Assembly (NCBI GenBank): GCA_013389055.1
Contig: JACAEC010000152.1
Location: 13,976-77,975, forward strand
Length of the DNA stretch: 64,000 nt
Direction: 5' to 3'
Origin: Hydrogenophilaceae bacterium
Lineage (GTDB): Bacteria > Pseudomonadota > Gammaproteobacteria > Burkholderiales > Thiobacillaceae
Below, in pieces: positions 20,350-29,895 of this stretch (its first letter is position 1; the number at the start of each line of letters is the position of its first letter). Under the pieces are notes generated by a model that saw only the letters and a list, made by a program, of their open reading frames with translations, did not search any database and was not told the DNA's origin. A program made the position numbers and the translations under genes.

Positions 20350-21084
20350 CTATCCCCGCTGGCGGCGCGCCTCGTACAGGCAGACGCCGGCCGAGACCGA
20401 GACGTTAAGGCTTTCGACCTGGCCGAACATGGGGATGCGGGCCAGGACATCGCAGGTTTCGCGGGTGAGCCGACGCAGCCCCTCGCCTTCGGCACCCAGC
20501 ACCAGGGCGACTGGGCCCTTGAAATCGACCTCGCCCATGGCCGCCGTGCCCTCGGCATCGGCGCCGACTACCTGGATGTCGCGCTCCTTCAACTCGCGCA
20601 GGGTACGCGCCAGGTTGGTCACGGTGATATAGGGCACGCTCTCGGCCGCCCCGCTCGCCGCCTTGACCGCAGTGGCGTTGAGGCCGGCGGCGCGGTCCTT
20701 GGGCGCCAGCACGGCATGGGCACCGAAGGCATCGGCCGAGCGCAGGCAGGCGCCCAGGTTGTGCGGATCGGTGACGCCGTCGAGCACCAGCAGCAGGGCC
20801 GGCTCGGTCAGTTCCTCCAAGACGTCGTCCAGATGGGTAGCCAGCTTGACCGGATCGACCTGGGCAACCACGCCCTGCGAGCGGCCACCCTTGGCCATCT
20901 CGTCCACCCGACTGCCTTCGACTTGGACCAGCTTGACCTTGCGCTCCTCGGCCGCCTTGATCAGGTCGCGTGCCCGCTTGTCGCGCCGGTTCTGATCCAG
21001 ATAGATGACATGGACGCCTTCCGGGTGATGGCGCAAGCGAGCGAGGATCGAATGGAATCCGTAGATATGGGTACGGCCGCTCAT
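20350..21084 (-). CDS. rlmB: 23S rRNA (guanosine2251-2'-O)-methyltransferase
   Basis: IYGFHS, LDGVTDPHNLGACLRSA, GAEGEG, ESLNVSV; start ATG 21084 overlaps the rnr stop. Confidence 0.95.
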   Translation of the reverse strand: MSGRTHIYGFHSILARLRHHPEGVHVIYLDQNRRDKRARDLIKAAEERKVKLVQVEGSRVDEMAKGGRSQGVVAQVDPVKLATHLDDVLEELTEPALLLVLDGVTDPHNLGACLRSADAFGAHAVLAPKDRAAGLNATAVKAASGAAESVPYITVTNLARTLRELKERDIQVVGADAEGTAAMGEVDFKGPVALVLGAEGEGLRRLTRETCDVLARIPMFGQVESLNVSVSAGVCLYEARRQRG

Positions 21085-23420
21085 TTCGTCGCCTTGCCTG
21101 GCTTCTTGCCGGCGGCGGCCTTCTTGCTGACGGGTGCCTTGGCCGGCTTTTTGGCCTTTTCTTCCTTGGCCGCAGGCGCCTTGCCGGCGCTGGCCTGCCT
21201 GGCACCGGCCTGGCTCGCCTTGGCCTGACCCGGCTCCTCGGCCAGGGTGAAGTCGATCTTGGCCGAGTCCAGGTCGACCCGCACCACGCGGATCCGTACC
21301 GTATCGCCCAAGCGATAACGCTTGCTGGTGCGCTCGCCCAGCATCTGGTGGCGCGCCTGGTCGAAATGGAAATAGTCCTGGCCCAGGTCGGAGACGTGAA
21401 CCAGGCCCTCGACGAAGATGTCGTTCAAGGCCACGAAGATGCCGAAACCGGTGACGCCGGAGATGACGCCATCGTACTCCTCGCCGATGCGGTCCTGCAT
21501 GTAGTAGCACTTGAGCCAGTTCACCACATCGCGGCTGGCCTCGTCGGCCCGGCGCTCGGTGGTCGAGCAGTGCAGGCCGATCGCCTCCCAGTTGCCCGGC
21601 TGATAGTGTTCCTGCCTGAGGCAGGCCTTGATCGCACGATGCACCAGGAGGTCGGGATAGCGGCGGATGGGCGAAGTGAAATGGGTGTAGGACTCGTAGG
21701 CCAGACCGAAATGGCCGACGTTGTCCGGGCTGTACATCGCCTGTTTCAGGGAACGCAGCATCACGGTCTGCAACAGCTGTTCGTCGGGCCGGCCCTTGAT
21801 GCGGTTGAGCAGCTCGGCGTAGTCCTTGGCATGCGGCTCGTCGCCACCGCCGAGATAAAAGCCGAACTCGCCCATGAACTCGTGCAGGGCCTTGAGTTTC
21901 TCCGGCGTCGGTCCCTCGTGGACGCGATAGAGCGCCGGGTGCTTGCGCGCCTGCAGGAAGTCGGAGGCGCAGACGTTGGCCGCCAGCATGCACTCCTCGA
22001 TCACCCGATGGGCGTCGTTGCGAGAGGTCGGCACGATATTCTCGATCTTGCCCTGGTCGTCGAACACCATCTTGGTCTCGACCGTCTCGAAGTCGATGGC
22101 GCCGCGCACCCAGCGCGCCTTGAGCAGCGTCTTGAACAGCTTGTAGAGGTCTTGCAGGTGCGCCAGCAGCCAGGCTTGCTCCTTGCCCGGCTTGGCTTCA
22201 CCCGACAGCCAGCTCCAGACCAGGTTGTAGGTGAGCCGGGCCTTGGAGTGCATCACCGCCGGATAGAAGCGGTATTGCTCGATGTCACCGGCACTGCTGA
22301 TCTCCATCTCGCACATCATGCACAGGCGATCGACCTCGGGGTTGATGGAGCAGAGGCCGTTGGAGATTTCCTCCGGCAGCATGGGAATCACCCGGCGCGG
22401 GAAATAGACCGAGGTGCCGCGCTCGTAGGCCTCGCGATCGAGGGCATCGCCCGGCCGCACGTAATGGGAGACGTCGGCGATGGCGACATAGAGCTTGTAG
22501 CCGCTGCGGCCGAGCGATTCGCAATAGACCGCATCGTCGAAGTCGCGGGCATCCTCGCCGTCGATGGTGACCAAGGGCAGATGACGGACATCCTCGCGTT
22601 CATGCAGATCGGTCTGCACCACGCCCTGGGGCAGCTTGCGGGCCAGGCTCAGCGCCGCCTTGGAAAACTCGAAGGGCAGTTCGTGCTTGCGCAGGGCGAT
22701 CTCGATCTCCATGCCGGGGTCGGCATAATTGCCCAGAATCTCCGTGATGCGGCCCATGGGCGGCGTGTGCTTGGACGGTTGCTCGACCACCTCGACCGTC
22801 ACCACCTGGCCCTGCTTGGCCTGTAGCTCCTCGCCGGCGAAGACCACGATGTCCTGGTTGATCCGCGGATTCTCCGCAATCACCCACTGATGGCCGTGCT
22901 CGCGATAGAAGCGGCCGACCACATGGATGTTCGCCCGCTGCAGAATTTCGACGATCTTGCCTTCCTTGCGGCCGCGCCGGTCGGTGCCCGATTCGCGCAC
23001 CATCACCCGGTCGCCGTGCAGCACCTGATGCATCTCGCGCTCGGACAGGAACATGTCGCCGGAGCGGTCGTCCGGCACGAAGAAGCCGTAGCCGTCGGGG
23101 TGGCCCTCGACCCGGCCGGCCTTGAGTTCGATCTTGTCCGGCAGGCAGATCAGGCCCCGGCGGTTGATCACCAGCTGGGCATCGCGTTGCATGGCACCCA
23201 GGCGATTGCGGAAGGGGTCGTACTCTTCGGGCTCCAGACCCAGCTTGAAGGCCAGGTCCTCCATCGGTACCGGCTCGCCGGCCTCTTGCACCAGTTGCAG
23301 GATGTACTCGCGGCTAGGCAGGGGCTGGCCGTATTTCTCCTGCTCCCGCTTGAGGAAGGGGTCCTGCCAGCGCAGGGCTTTGCTACCGCCGCCGCGGGCT
23401 TTATTTCCGGTTTTTTTCAT
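21081..23420 (-). CDS. rnr: Ribonuclease R
   Basis: GHPDGYGF, VTIDGEDARDFDDA, HFTSPIRRYPDL, S1 domain, Ala/Lys-rich tail. Confidence 0.96.
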   Translation of the reverse strand: MKKTGNKARGGGSKALRWQDPFLKREQEKYGQPLPSREYILQLVQEAGEPVPMEDLAFKLGLEPEEYDPFRNRLGAMQRDAQLVINRRGLICLPDKIELKAGRVEGHPDGYGFFVPDDRSGDMFLSEREMHQVLHGDRVMVRESGTDRRGRKEGKIVEILQRANIHVVGRFYREHGHQWVIAENPRINQDIVVFAGEELQAKQGQVVTVEVVEQPSKHTPPMGRITEILGNYADPGMEIEIALRKHELPFEFSKAALSLARKLPQGVVQTDLHEREDVRHLPLVTIDGEDARDFDDAVYCESLGRSGYKLYVAIADVSHYVRPGDALDREAYERGTSVYFPRRVIPMLPEEISNGLCSINPEVDRLCMMCEMEISSAGDIEQYRFYPAVMHSKARLTYNLVWSWLSGEAKPGKEQAWLLAHLQDLYKLFKTLLKARWVRGAIDFETVETKMVFDDQGKIENIVPTSRNDAHRVIEECMLAANVCASDFLQARKHPALYRVHEGPTPEKLKALHEFMGEFGFYLGGGDEPHAKDYAELLNRIKGRPDEQLLQTVMLRSLKQAMYSPDNVGHFGLAYESYTHFTSPIRRYPDLLVHRAIKACLRQEHYQPGNWEAIGLHCSTTERRADEASRDVVNWLKCYYMQDRIGEEYDGVISGVTGFGIFVALNDIFVEGLVHVSDLGQDYFHFDQARHQMLGERTSKRYRLGDTVRIRVVRVDLDSAKIDFTLAEEPGQAKASQAGARQASAGKAPAAKEEKAKKPAKAPVSKKAAAGKKPGKATK

Positions 23421-23448
23421 TGACAAGTATGTAGTCCAATTTTAGAAT
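23420..23448 (+). promoter_or_regulatory. Sigma70 promoter of tRNA-Leu
   Basis: TTGACA (23420-25), N17, TAGAAT (23443-48), then a GC-rich discriminator TCGCGCC. Confidence 0.85.
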
Positions 23449-23460
23449 TCGCGCCTCGTT

Positions 23461-23547
23461 GCCCAGGTGGCGGAATTGGTAGACGCACTAGGTTCAGGTC
23501 CTAGCGCCAGCAATGGTGTGGAGGTTCGAGTCCTCTCCTGGGCACCA
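23461..23547 (+). tRNA. tRNA-Leu (anticodon CAG)
   Basis: GCCCAGG/CCTGGGC acceptor stem, GGAATTGGTAGAC D-arm, CTAGG-TTCAGGT-CCTAG anticodon arm, long variable arm, GGTTCGAGT T-loop, encoded CCA; 87 nt. Confidence 0.97.
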
Positions 23548-23957
23548 CATATACCAGAAAACCGAGTGTTCACAAGGTTTTCCAGCAATATCTCCATGGA
23601 TAGTCCGAAGATCGTCCGCATTCCGGATGCGAGCGACCGATTGGTAAGCCAATCGAGTTGCCGTCCTGGGTGATTTCGGATCATGTTCAGTTATTTCTGC
23701 GCTATCAGGCGTCAAGCGCGGGAAGTCTATATGCAAATAATCAAGTCGCGAGCTTAACATCCCCGGCCCGACATGTCTCCGGTGCCGACCGGGTGCCGCC
23801 CCTGTTTCAGTTGAAAGTCTTGTGTTGCCGGCCTTCCCGCCGTCAGGCCAGCCCACCTTATTAATAAAAGTTTGATTTTAGTCCTGTAAGGTATGGCGAG
23901 TTCGATCTCGCCTGGATGGGCAGGTCGATACCCCCTCCAATTTTCAGGATGATACCC

Positions 23958-24659
23958 ATGAAGCGCCTGTTGCCGTTTATCCTCTGCCTCGTCCCGGTTC
24001 ATGCCCTGGCCGATGAGGCCCAGATCCGCCAGACCCTCGGCGAGCGCTATCCCGCAATCAAGATCACTTCGATCCAGCCTAGCCCGGTTGCGGGCATCTA
24101 CGAGGTGCTGGCCGGCGGCAAACTGGTCTACGTCGACCAGACCGGCGATTACCTGCTGATGGGGCCCATCCTCGACACCCGGTCGAAGACCAACCTGACG
24201 CAGAAACGCCTGGACGACTTGCGCATGGTCAAGTTCGACAGCTTGCCTTTCGACAAGGCCATCCCCATCGTCAAAGGCAACGGCGCACGCAAGGTGGCCG
24301 TGTTCTCCGATCCCGACTGCCCATTCTGCAAGCGTCTGGAAAAGGAACTCGCCCTGCTCGACAACATCACGGTCTATGTCTTCCTCAATCCCATCGCCAG
24401 CCTCCACCCGGAGGCCCCTGCCCGCTCGAATGAAATCTGGTGTTCGGCAGATCGGGCCAAAAGTTGGCGAGACTACATGCTGGAAGGGAAGAAACCGGCC
24501 GCGTCGGGCAAGTGCGATACGCCGGTCAACGACATCCTTGCTTTAGCGGAGAAGATCGGGGTGGAAGGCACACCTGCGCTGGTCTTCCCGAACGGCAAGC
24601 GCGTCGATGGCGCCATTTCCGCGGCACAGATCGAGGAACTGCTCCAGCAGGGTTCCTGA
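23958..24659 (+). CDS. dsbC: Thiol:disulfide interchange protein DsbC
   Basis: Signal peptide, SPVAGIYEV dimerisation domain, FSDPDCPFC, GTP cis-Pro motif. Confidence 0.93.
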   Translation: MKRLLPFILCLVPVHALADEAQIRQTLGERYPAIKITSIQPSPVAGIYEVLAGGKLVYVDQTGDYLLMGPILDTRSKTNLTQKRLDDLRMVKFDSLPFDKAIPIVKGNGARKVAVFSDPDCPFCKRLEKELALLDNITVYVFLNPIASLHPEAPARSNEIWCSADRAKSWRDYMLEGKKPAASGKCDTPVNDILALAEKIGVEGTPALVFPNGKRVDGAISAAQIEELLQQGS

Positions 24660-24685
24660 CTGGAAGAATTGAGCCGGCGGGGCCA

Positions 24686-26107
24686 TCACTCCCGCCGGTA
24701 AACGTCCTCGAAACGAACAATATCGTCTTCGCCCAGGTAACTGCCTGACTGCACCTCGATCATTTCCAGCACCACCTTGCCCGGGTTTTCCAGGCGGTGG
24801 CGGGTGCCGAGCGGGATGAAAGTCGATTCGTTTTCCGAGACCAAAAAAGTTTCCTCGTCCCGCGTCACCTTGGCCGTGCCCTTGACCACGATCCAGTGCT
24901 CGGCGCGGTGATGGTGCATCTGCAAGGACAAGGCTGCACCGGGCTTCACCGCGATGCGCTTGACCTGGAAGCGCTCGCCCTCGTCGACCCCCTCGTACCA
25001 ACCCCAGGGACGGAAGACGCGGGTGTGGAACTCGTGCTCGCTGCGACCGTTGTTTTTCAAGTACTCCACCACCTTCTTCACGTCCTGGGCATGGGCCTTG
25101 TCCGCCACCAGCACGGCATCCGCGGTTTCGACGATGATCAGGTCGCGCACGCCGAGCGCGGCGACCATGCGCGACTCGGCCCGCACATAGCTATTCGCCG
25201 CCGCATCCAGCCAGACGTCGCCACGGACCACATTGCCGGCGGCATCCTTGTCGGCCACCGCCCAGAGCGAGGCCCAGGCGCCGATATCGTCCCAACCGAT
25301 GGCGGCCGGCACGACCGCGCCCTGCGCCGTCCGTTCCATCACCGCATAGTCGATCGAGTCCGCCGGGCAGGCCTCGAAGGCTGCCTTGTCCAGGCGGTAG
25401 AAATCCAGGTCCTTGTTGCCGCCTTGCAGCGCCCGCTCGCAGGCGGCCAACATCTCCGGCCGGCTGGCGGCGAGTTCATCCAGGTACTGGCGGGCGGAAA
25501 AGAGGAACATGCCGCTGTTCCAAAGATACTCACCGCTATCCATAAAGCGCTCGGCGGTTTCCCGATCCGGCTTCTCGACGAAACGGGCAGCCTTGTGCGC
25601 GGCGATGCCGGCCAGCGACTCGCCCAGCCGGATGTAACCGTAACCCGTATGCGGAGAGTCGGGCACGATGCCGAAAGTGACCAGATGCCCCCTCTCCGCC
25701 GCCTGCATACCTTCCTTCACGGCCTTGTGGAAAGCGGCGACATCGCGGATCAGGTGGTCGGCCGGCAGCAGAAACAGCACCGCTTCCGGGTCCTCGCGCA
25801 CGAGCACCAAGGCTGCCACCGCCGCCGCCGGCGCGGTGTTGCGCCCCGTCGGCTCTAGGAATATGCCCTTGGGCTCGATACCGATTTCCCGCAACTGCTC
25901 GGCGATCAGGAAGCGATGCTCGTGGTTGCAGACCACCAGCGGCTGGCTGACGCCCGGCAGTCCGGCCAAGCGCAGCACCGTCTCCTGCAGCATGGAATGT
26001 TGCGAAACCAGGGGCAGCAACTGCTTGGGCAGCGCCGCACGGGACAAAGGCCACAGGCGCGTACCGGAGCCGCCGGAAAGAATGACGGGATAGAGGGTCA
26101 TGGGCAT
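24686..26107 (-). CDS. manC: Mannose-1-phosphate guanylyltransferase/mannose-6-phosphate isomerase
   Basis: LSGGSGTRLWPLSR, EPTGRNTAPA, RFVEKP, RPWG and SLQMHHHRAEHW cupin. Confidence 0.95.
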   Translation of the reverse strand: MPMTLYPVILSGGSGTRLWPLSRAALPKQLLPLVSQHSMLQETVLRLAGLPGVSQPLVVCNHEHRFLIAEQLREIGIEPKGIFLEPTGRNTAPAAAVAALVLVREDPEAVLFLLPADHLIRDVAAFHKAVKEGMQAAERGHLVTFGIVPDSPHTGYGYIRLGESLAGIAAHKAARFVEKPDRETAERFMDSGEYLWNSGMFLFSARQYLDELAASRPEMLAACERALQGGNKDLDFYRLDKAAFEACPADSIDYAVMERTAQGAVVPAAIGWDDIGAWASLWAVADKDAAGNVVRGDVWLDAAANSYVRAESRMVAALGVRDLIIVETADAVLVADKAHAQDVKKVVEYLKNNGRSEHEFHTRVFRPWGWYEGVDEGERFQVKRIAVKPGAALSLQMHHHRAEHWIVVKGTAKVTRDEETFLVSENESTFIPLGTRHRLENPGKVVLEMIEVQSGSYLGEDDIVRFEDVYRRE

Positions 26108-26131
26108 GCGACTTCCGGGGAGGGTTTCGGG

Positions 26132-27112
26132 TCAGCTGACCGGGACCAGTTTACGCTCCCACCCCCAGGCGTGAGCGATGATCGTGTCCAGTTCGGGGTA
26201 AACCGGCCGCCAGCCGAGTGCCTGCACGGCCAGGCCGGCATCCGCCACCAGTCGGGCCGGGTCGCCGTCGCGGCGAAGGCTGTCCTGAACCGGGATATCC
26301 CGCCCTGTCACTCTGCGGGCGGTATCGATGACTTCCTGCACCGAAAAACCGTTGCCGTTGCCCAGGTTATAGGCCGCGCTGCCGGCGCCGTCCATCAACT
26401 GCCCCAGGGCCCGCCAGTGGGCCTCGGCCAGATCGAGAACATGGATGTAGTCTCGGATGCAGGTACCGTCCGGCGTGTCGTAATCGCGTCCGTACACCGA
26501 GATATGCGGGCGCCGGCCCGAAGCGGCCTGCAGCACCAGCGGAATCAGGTGGGTCTCGGGCTCGTGGCGCTCGCCCAGCAGGCCCTCCGGATGTGCGCCG
26601 GCCGCGTTGAAATAGCGCAGGCAGACCGATTTCAGGCCGTAGGCCGTATCGTAGTCGGCCAGTGCCTGCTCGATCATGTGCTTGGTGCGACCGTAAGGAT
26701 TGATCGGCTGCTTTGGATGCCGCTCGTCGATGGGCACATATTGCGGCTCGCCGAAGATCGCCGCCGTCGACGAGAAGATGAACCGGTTGACGCCATGCTC
26801 GCGCATGGCCTCCAGCAGGACCAGGGTGTTGCTCACATTGTTCCGGTAGTAAGGACCCGGATCGCGCATCGACTCGCCCACCTGGATGAAGGAGGCGAAA
26901 TGCATCACCGCATCGAAACGGCGCTGGCCAAACAGCCTGTCGAGCAGTGGGCGATCGGCAATGTCGCCGAGGACGAATTCGCCGGCAATGACCGCATCGT
27001 GGTGGCCGGCAGACAGGTTGTCGAGGGTGACCACCTCCATCCCTCTTTGCCCGAGCAGCCACACCATGTGGGAACCGATATAACCCGCTCCGCCCACCAC
27101 CAGTACTCTCAT
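26132..27112 (-). CDS. galE: UDP-glucose 4-epimerase
   Basis: GGAGYIGSH, YGRTK, LRYFNAAGA, DGTCIRDYIHV. Confidence 0.95.
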   Translation of the reverse strand: MRVLVVGGAGYIGSHMVWLLGQRGMEVVTLDNLSAGHHDAVIAGEFVLGDIADRPLLDRLFGQRRFDAVMHFASFIQVGESMRDPGPYYRNNVSNTLVLLEAMREHGVNRFIFSSTAAIFGEPQYVPIDERHPKQPINPYGRTKHMIEQALADYDTAYGLKSVCLRYFNAAGAHPEGLLGERHEPETHLIPLVLQAASGRRPHISVYGRDYDTPDGTCIRDYIHVLDLAEAHWRALGQLMDGAGSAAYNLGNGNGFSVQEVIDTARRVTGRDIPVQDSLRRDGDPARLVADAGLAVQALGWRPVYPELDTIIAHAWGWERKLVPVS

Positions 27113-27148
27113 GCGATCAAGTCCCCGAAACGCGATTGCCGACCGAAC

Positions 27149-28696
27149 TCACGCCGCCCCGCGCGGAATCTGTTCGGTGATTTTCCGTGCTCCCTCCCAG
27201 TCACCCCGGTTGGCCTTGGCCTGTGCCAGCAGTTTGAGCAGAGGCACGGATCCAGGCCGGGTCTTGAGCAGGTCGTTCAGCATACCCTCGGCACGCGCGG
27301 ATTGGCCACGACGCATCAGGAATTCGGCGTGGGCCATGCCGTAGTTCACATCTCCCCGACTCGCCTGGAAGGCCCTGACATAGTGATCTTCGGCCAGTTC
27401 GAAGGCCCCCTGCAGCTCATGGGCCCGGGCCAGCAGCAGCAGCGCCCTGGACGAATCCGGCACATCTTGCAGCACGGCACGTAGATCGGCGATGGCGCCA
27501 TCGACTTTGCCCTCGTCCAGGGCGACGTTCGCCTTGAGCACCAGTGCCTGCTCGTTGCGCGCATCTTTGGTCAATATCTCTCTGACCAGCGCCATCGACC
27601 GATCCTTGTCTCCGGCCGCCAGCAGATAGCCGGCCAGAATGCCTTTCGCCTTCAGGCCGTCCCTGTTGTCGCCGGCCGCAGCGATCACGGAACGAATGAC
27701 CGCCTCGGCCGCGGCGCGGTCGTTCTGGCCTTGGTGCAAGCCGGCCAGTGCAAATTTCAGTTCGTAATTGTTCGGCTCCTTGCGGATGGACGCTTCCAGA
27801 TCGGCAATCGCCGCCTTCGTGCCCTTCGTAGCCTGTACGAAACGCACCACCTCCAGGCGCGCCTGGACATCGGCCGGGCTGCGGGCGGCGACCGCGCGCA
27901 GTTCGGCCTCGGCGGCATCGCGCCGGTCATGGGCCAGGAAAAACTGGATCAGGCTGTTCTGAAAGGTCCGGTTATCCGGATGCTGGCGGATCAGACCCCT
28001 TAACACCGCCTCCGCGTCATCCAGCTTGCCCAACTTGTCCAGCGCCTGCACCTTGACGAGTTGCAGGCGGATATTTCCGGCGTCCACCCGCAAGCCCCGC
28101 TCGGCGTGCTCAACGGCTGCCTCCGGCTGGCCAGCCGCAATCCGCTCTGTGGCCATGAATTCCAGTGCGTCGAGGTGGTCCGGATTCTTCGACAGCACGG
28201 CCTGCACCAGCCTGAGCGCGGCTGCGCTGTCGCCCCCGGCCTGCTTGATGTCCGCCTGCAGGACTTGTACCGAAGGGTCCTCCGGGTGCAGATTCGACGT
28301 GCGTTCGCTGATCTCGCGCGCCCGGTCCAACTGGCCGGCACCGAGCAGCATCTTCGCCATCTTGACCTGGGCCTGGAGATGATTGGGGTCCAGATCCAGC
28401 GTCTGGTTCAGGTAGCTGAACATTTCCGGGAACTTGCCCTGCCGCTCGGCGACCAGCGCCAGGCCATAGATCGCCTCGGGAAACTTCCGCTTGATCATGA
28501 TGGCGTTGCGAAATTCCAGGTCGGCCTGGACCAGGTCCTCCTTGCCGCCCTTCTCGAACAAAGCCATGCCCTTGCGGTAGAACGCATCGGCCTTTTCCGT
28601 GGGCGACGAGCAGCCGAGCAGGACCAGCAACGGCAAGGCCAGGACAAGGATCAGGCGACGCCGGATCGCAGCCGGCATGTTAGGCAGAATATCCAC
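27149..28696 (-). CDS. TPR-repeat lipoprotein associated with EPS export
   Basis: Lipobox LLGC and many TPR-like helical repeats; the start may be ATG 28678. Confidence 0.8.
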   Translation of the reverse strand: MDILPNMPAAIRRRLILVLALPLLVLLGCSSPTEKADAFYRKGMALFEKGGKEDLVQADLEFRNAIMIKRKFPEAIYGLALVAERQGKFPEMFSYLNQTLDLDPNHLQAQVKMAKMLLGAGQLDRAREISERTSNLHPEDPSVQVLQADIKQAGGDSAAALRLVQAVLSKNPDHLDALEFMATERIAAGQPEAAVEHAERGLRVDAGNIRLQLVKVQALDKLGKLDDAEAVLRGLIRQHPDNRTFQNSLIQFFLAHDRRDAAEAELRAVAARSPADVQARLEVVRFVQATKGTKAAIADLEASIRKEPNNYELKFALAGLHQGQNDRAAAEAVIRSVIAAAGDNRDGLKAKGILAGYLLAAGDKDRSMALVREILTKDARNEQALVLKANVALDEGKVDGAIADLRAVLQDVPDSSRALLLLARAHELQGAFELAEDHYVRAFQASRGDVNYGMAHAEFLMRRGQSARAEGMLNDLLKTRPGSVPLLKLLAQAKANRGDWEGARKITEQIPRGAA

Positions 28697-28797
28697 GTGA
28701 GCACCTGACAGAGAAAGTCGGATAGACCGGCGGAGTCGAACGATTCTAGGCGGCGATGATTACAGCCAGATTGCCGCCCGCCGTTCTCGGTCAACGC

Positions 28798-29892
28798 TCA
28801 ATCCAGCAAATATTCGACACCGCTCCAGCGAAAGAAGCGGCGCAAGCGCGACGATACCCCGACAAAGCGCAGCGGCTTGCCGCATGCCTGCTGACGCTTG
28901 CGCAGCATCAGCAGCAAACCGAGCAGGCCCGGGCTGAAACGGGCAGCAGCCGAACAGTCCACCAGCACGGCCTTCCGCTGCGCTGCGGCATCGCGCAAGG
29001 CCTGCCTGAGCTCGACCGACACGGGGTCGGTGATCGTCCCGGCGATCATGACCCCGCAGTGATCGTCGTTCAATTCGAGGCGAACAGCGCCCACGCCGGT
29101 TTGACCGGCAGAAACCAGCCGCAACCAGAACAGATGCGGCAGCAGCCGGCTGAAAACGATGGCAAGCAGGGCCCGCCCGTCCTGCCAGTACCGCCGCCAG
29201 AGCGCCGGCTCTTCCTTGATCCGCCATAGCCATTCCAGGCCGATGCGCTGCATCCAGACCGGAGCACGGCTGACCGTGCCGGCGGCGAAGTTGACCACTG
29301 CCCCCAGGTGGCTGATCACCGGCACCGAAATCCGCCCCCGATTGCGCTCTATCCAGGCCTGGCCTTTTTTCGCCCCCAGCGACACCACCAGGAAATCTGC
29401 GCCGCTGGCATTGATCCGGCCAATCGCTTCATCGCCGCTCATCTCCTCGACCGAACCGAAGCCCGGGCAATCGAAACCTACGCAGCGCAGGCCCCGCGAC
29501 TCGGCATTGATCGCCTGACAAGCCTGCCCGGACACGCCCTGCTGACCGCCGAAGAAATACACCGACATCGGTTCGCCGCCGTCAGCCGAGCCGTCAAGAA
29601 GCGATTCGAAGAGGCCCGAACCTGTCACCCGCTCACGGATCGGTGTGCCCAGCAGTCGCGCCAGCCAGACCAGGGGCATACCGTCGGCAACGCTCAGGTC
29701 GCTGTGGATCACTGAATCGCGAAAAGCGGCGTCGGACTGGCAGGCAATCAGGAAATTCAGGTTGGGCGTGGAAAGGAAACAGGGTTGGCGCCGTTCGGCG
29801 GCGGCGCGCACTCGCTGCACCGCCTGCGCCATGCTCACCGCGTCGAAGGGCAGGCCGAATAGGCTGTAGACGTCGCGATCAAAGTCGTCCAT
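28798..29892 (-). CDS. WecB/TagA/CpsF glycosyltransferase with a C-terminal STAS-like domain
   Basis: STPN, ADGMPLVW, ERVTGS, RAPVWMQRIGLEWLWR; C-terminal VLVDCSAAARFSPGLLGLLL. Confidence 0.85.
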   Translation of the reverse strand: MDDFDRDVYSLFGLPFDAVSMAQAVQRVRAAAERRQPCFLSTPNLNFLIACQSDAAFRDSVIHSDLSVADGMPLVWLARLLGTPIRERVTGSGLFESLLDGSADGGEPMSVYFFGGQQGVSGQACQAINAESRGLRCVGFDCPGFGSVEEMSGDEAIGRINASGADFLVVSLGAKKGQAWIERNRGRISVPVISHLGAVVNFAAGTVSRAPVWMQRIGLEWLWRIKEEPALWRRYWQDGRALLAIVFSRLLPHLFWLRLVSAGQTGVGAVRLELNDDHCGVMIAGTITDPVSVELRQALRDAAAQRKAVLVDCSAAARFSPGLLGLLLMLRKRQQACGKPLRFVGVSSRLRRFFRWSGVEYLLD

Positions 29893-29895
29893 GGC

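Noticed and set aside
20350-21993. 547-aa ORF suggesting an extended or fused RlmB
   Set aside because: The extension is an alternative frame inside rnr; RlmB motifs begin at ATG 21084
23442-23856. Short ORFs overlapping or following the tRNA
   Set aside because: They overlap a clear tRNA or lack an RBS and recognisable motifs
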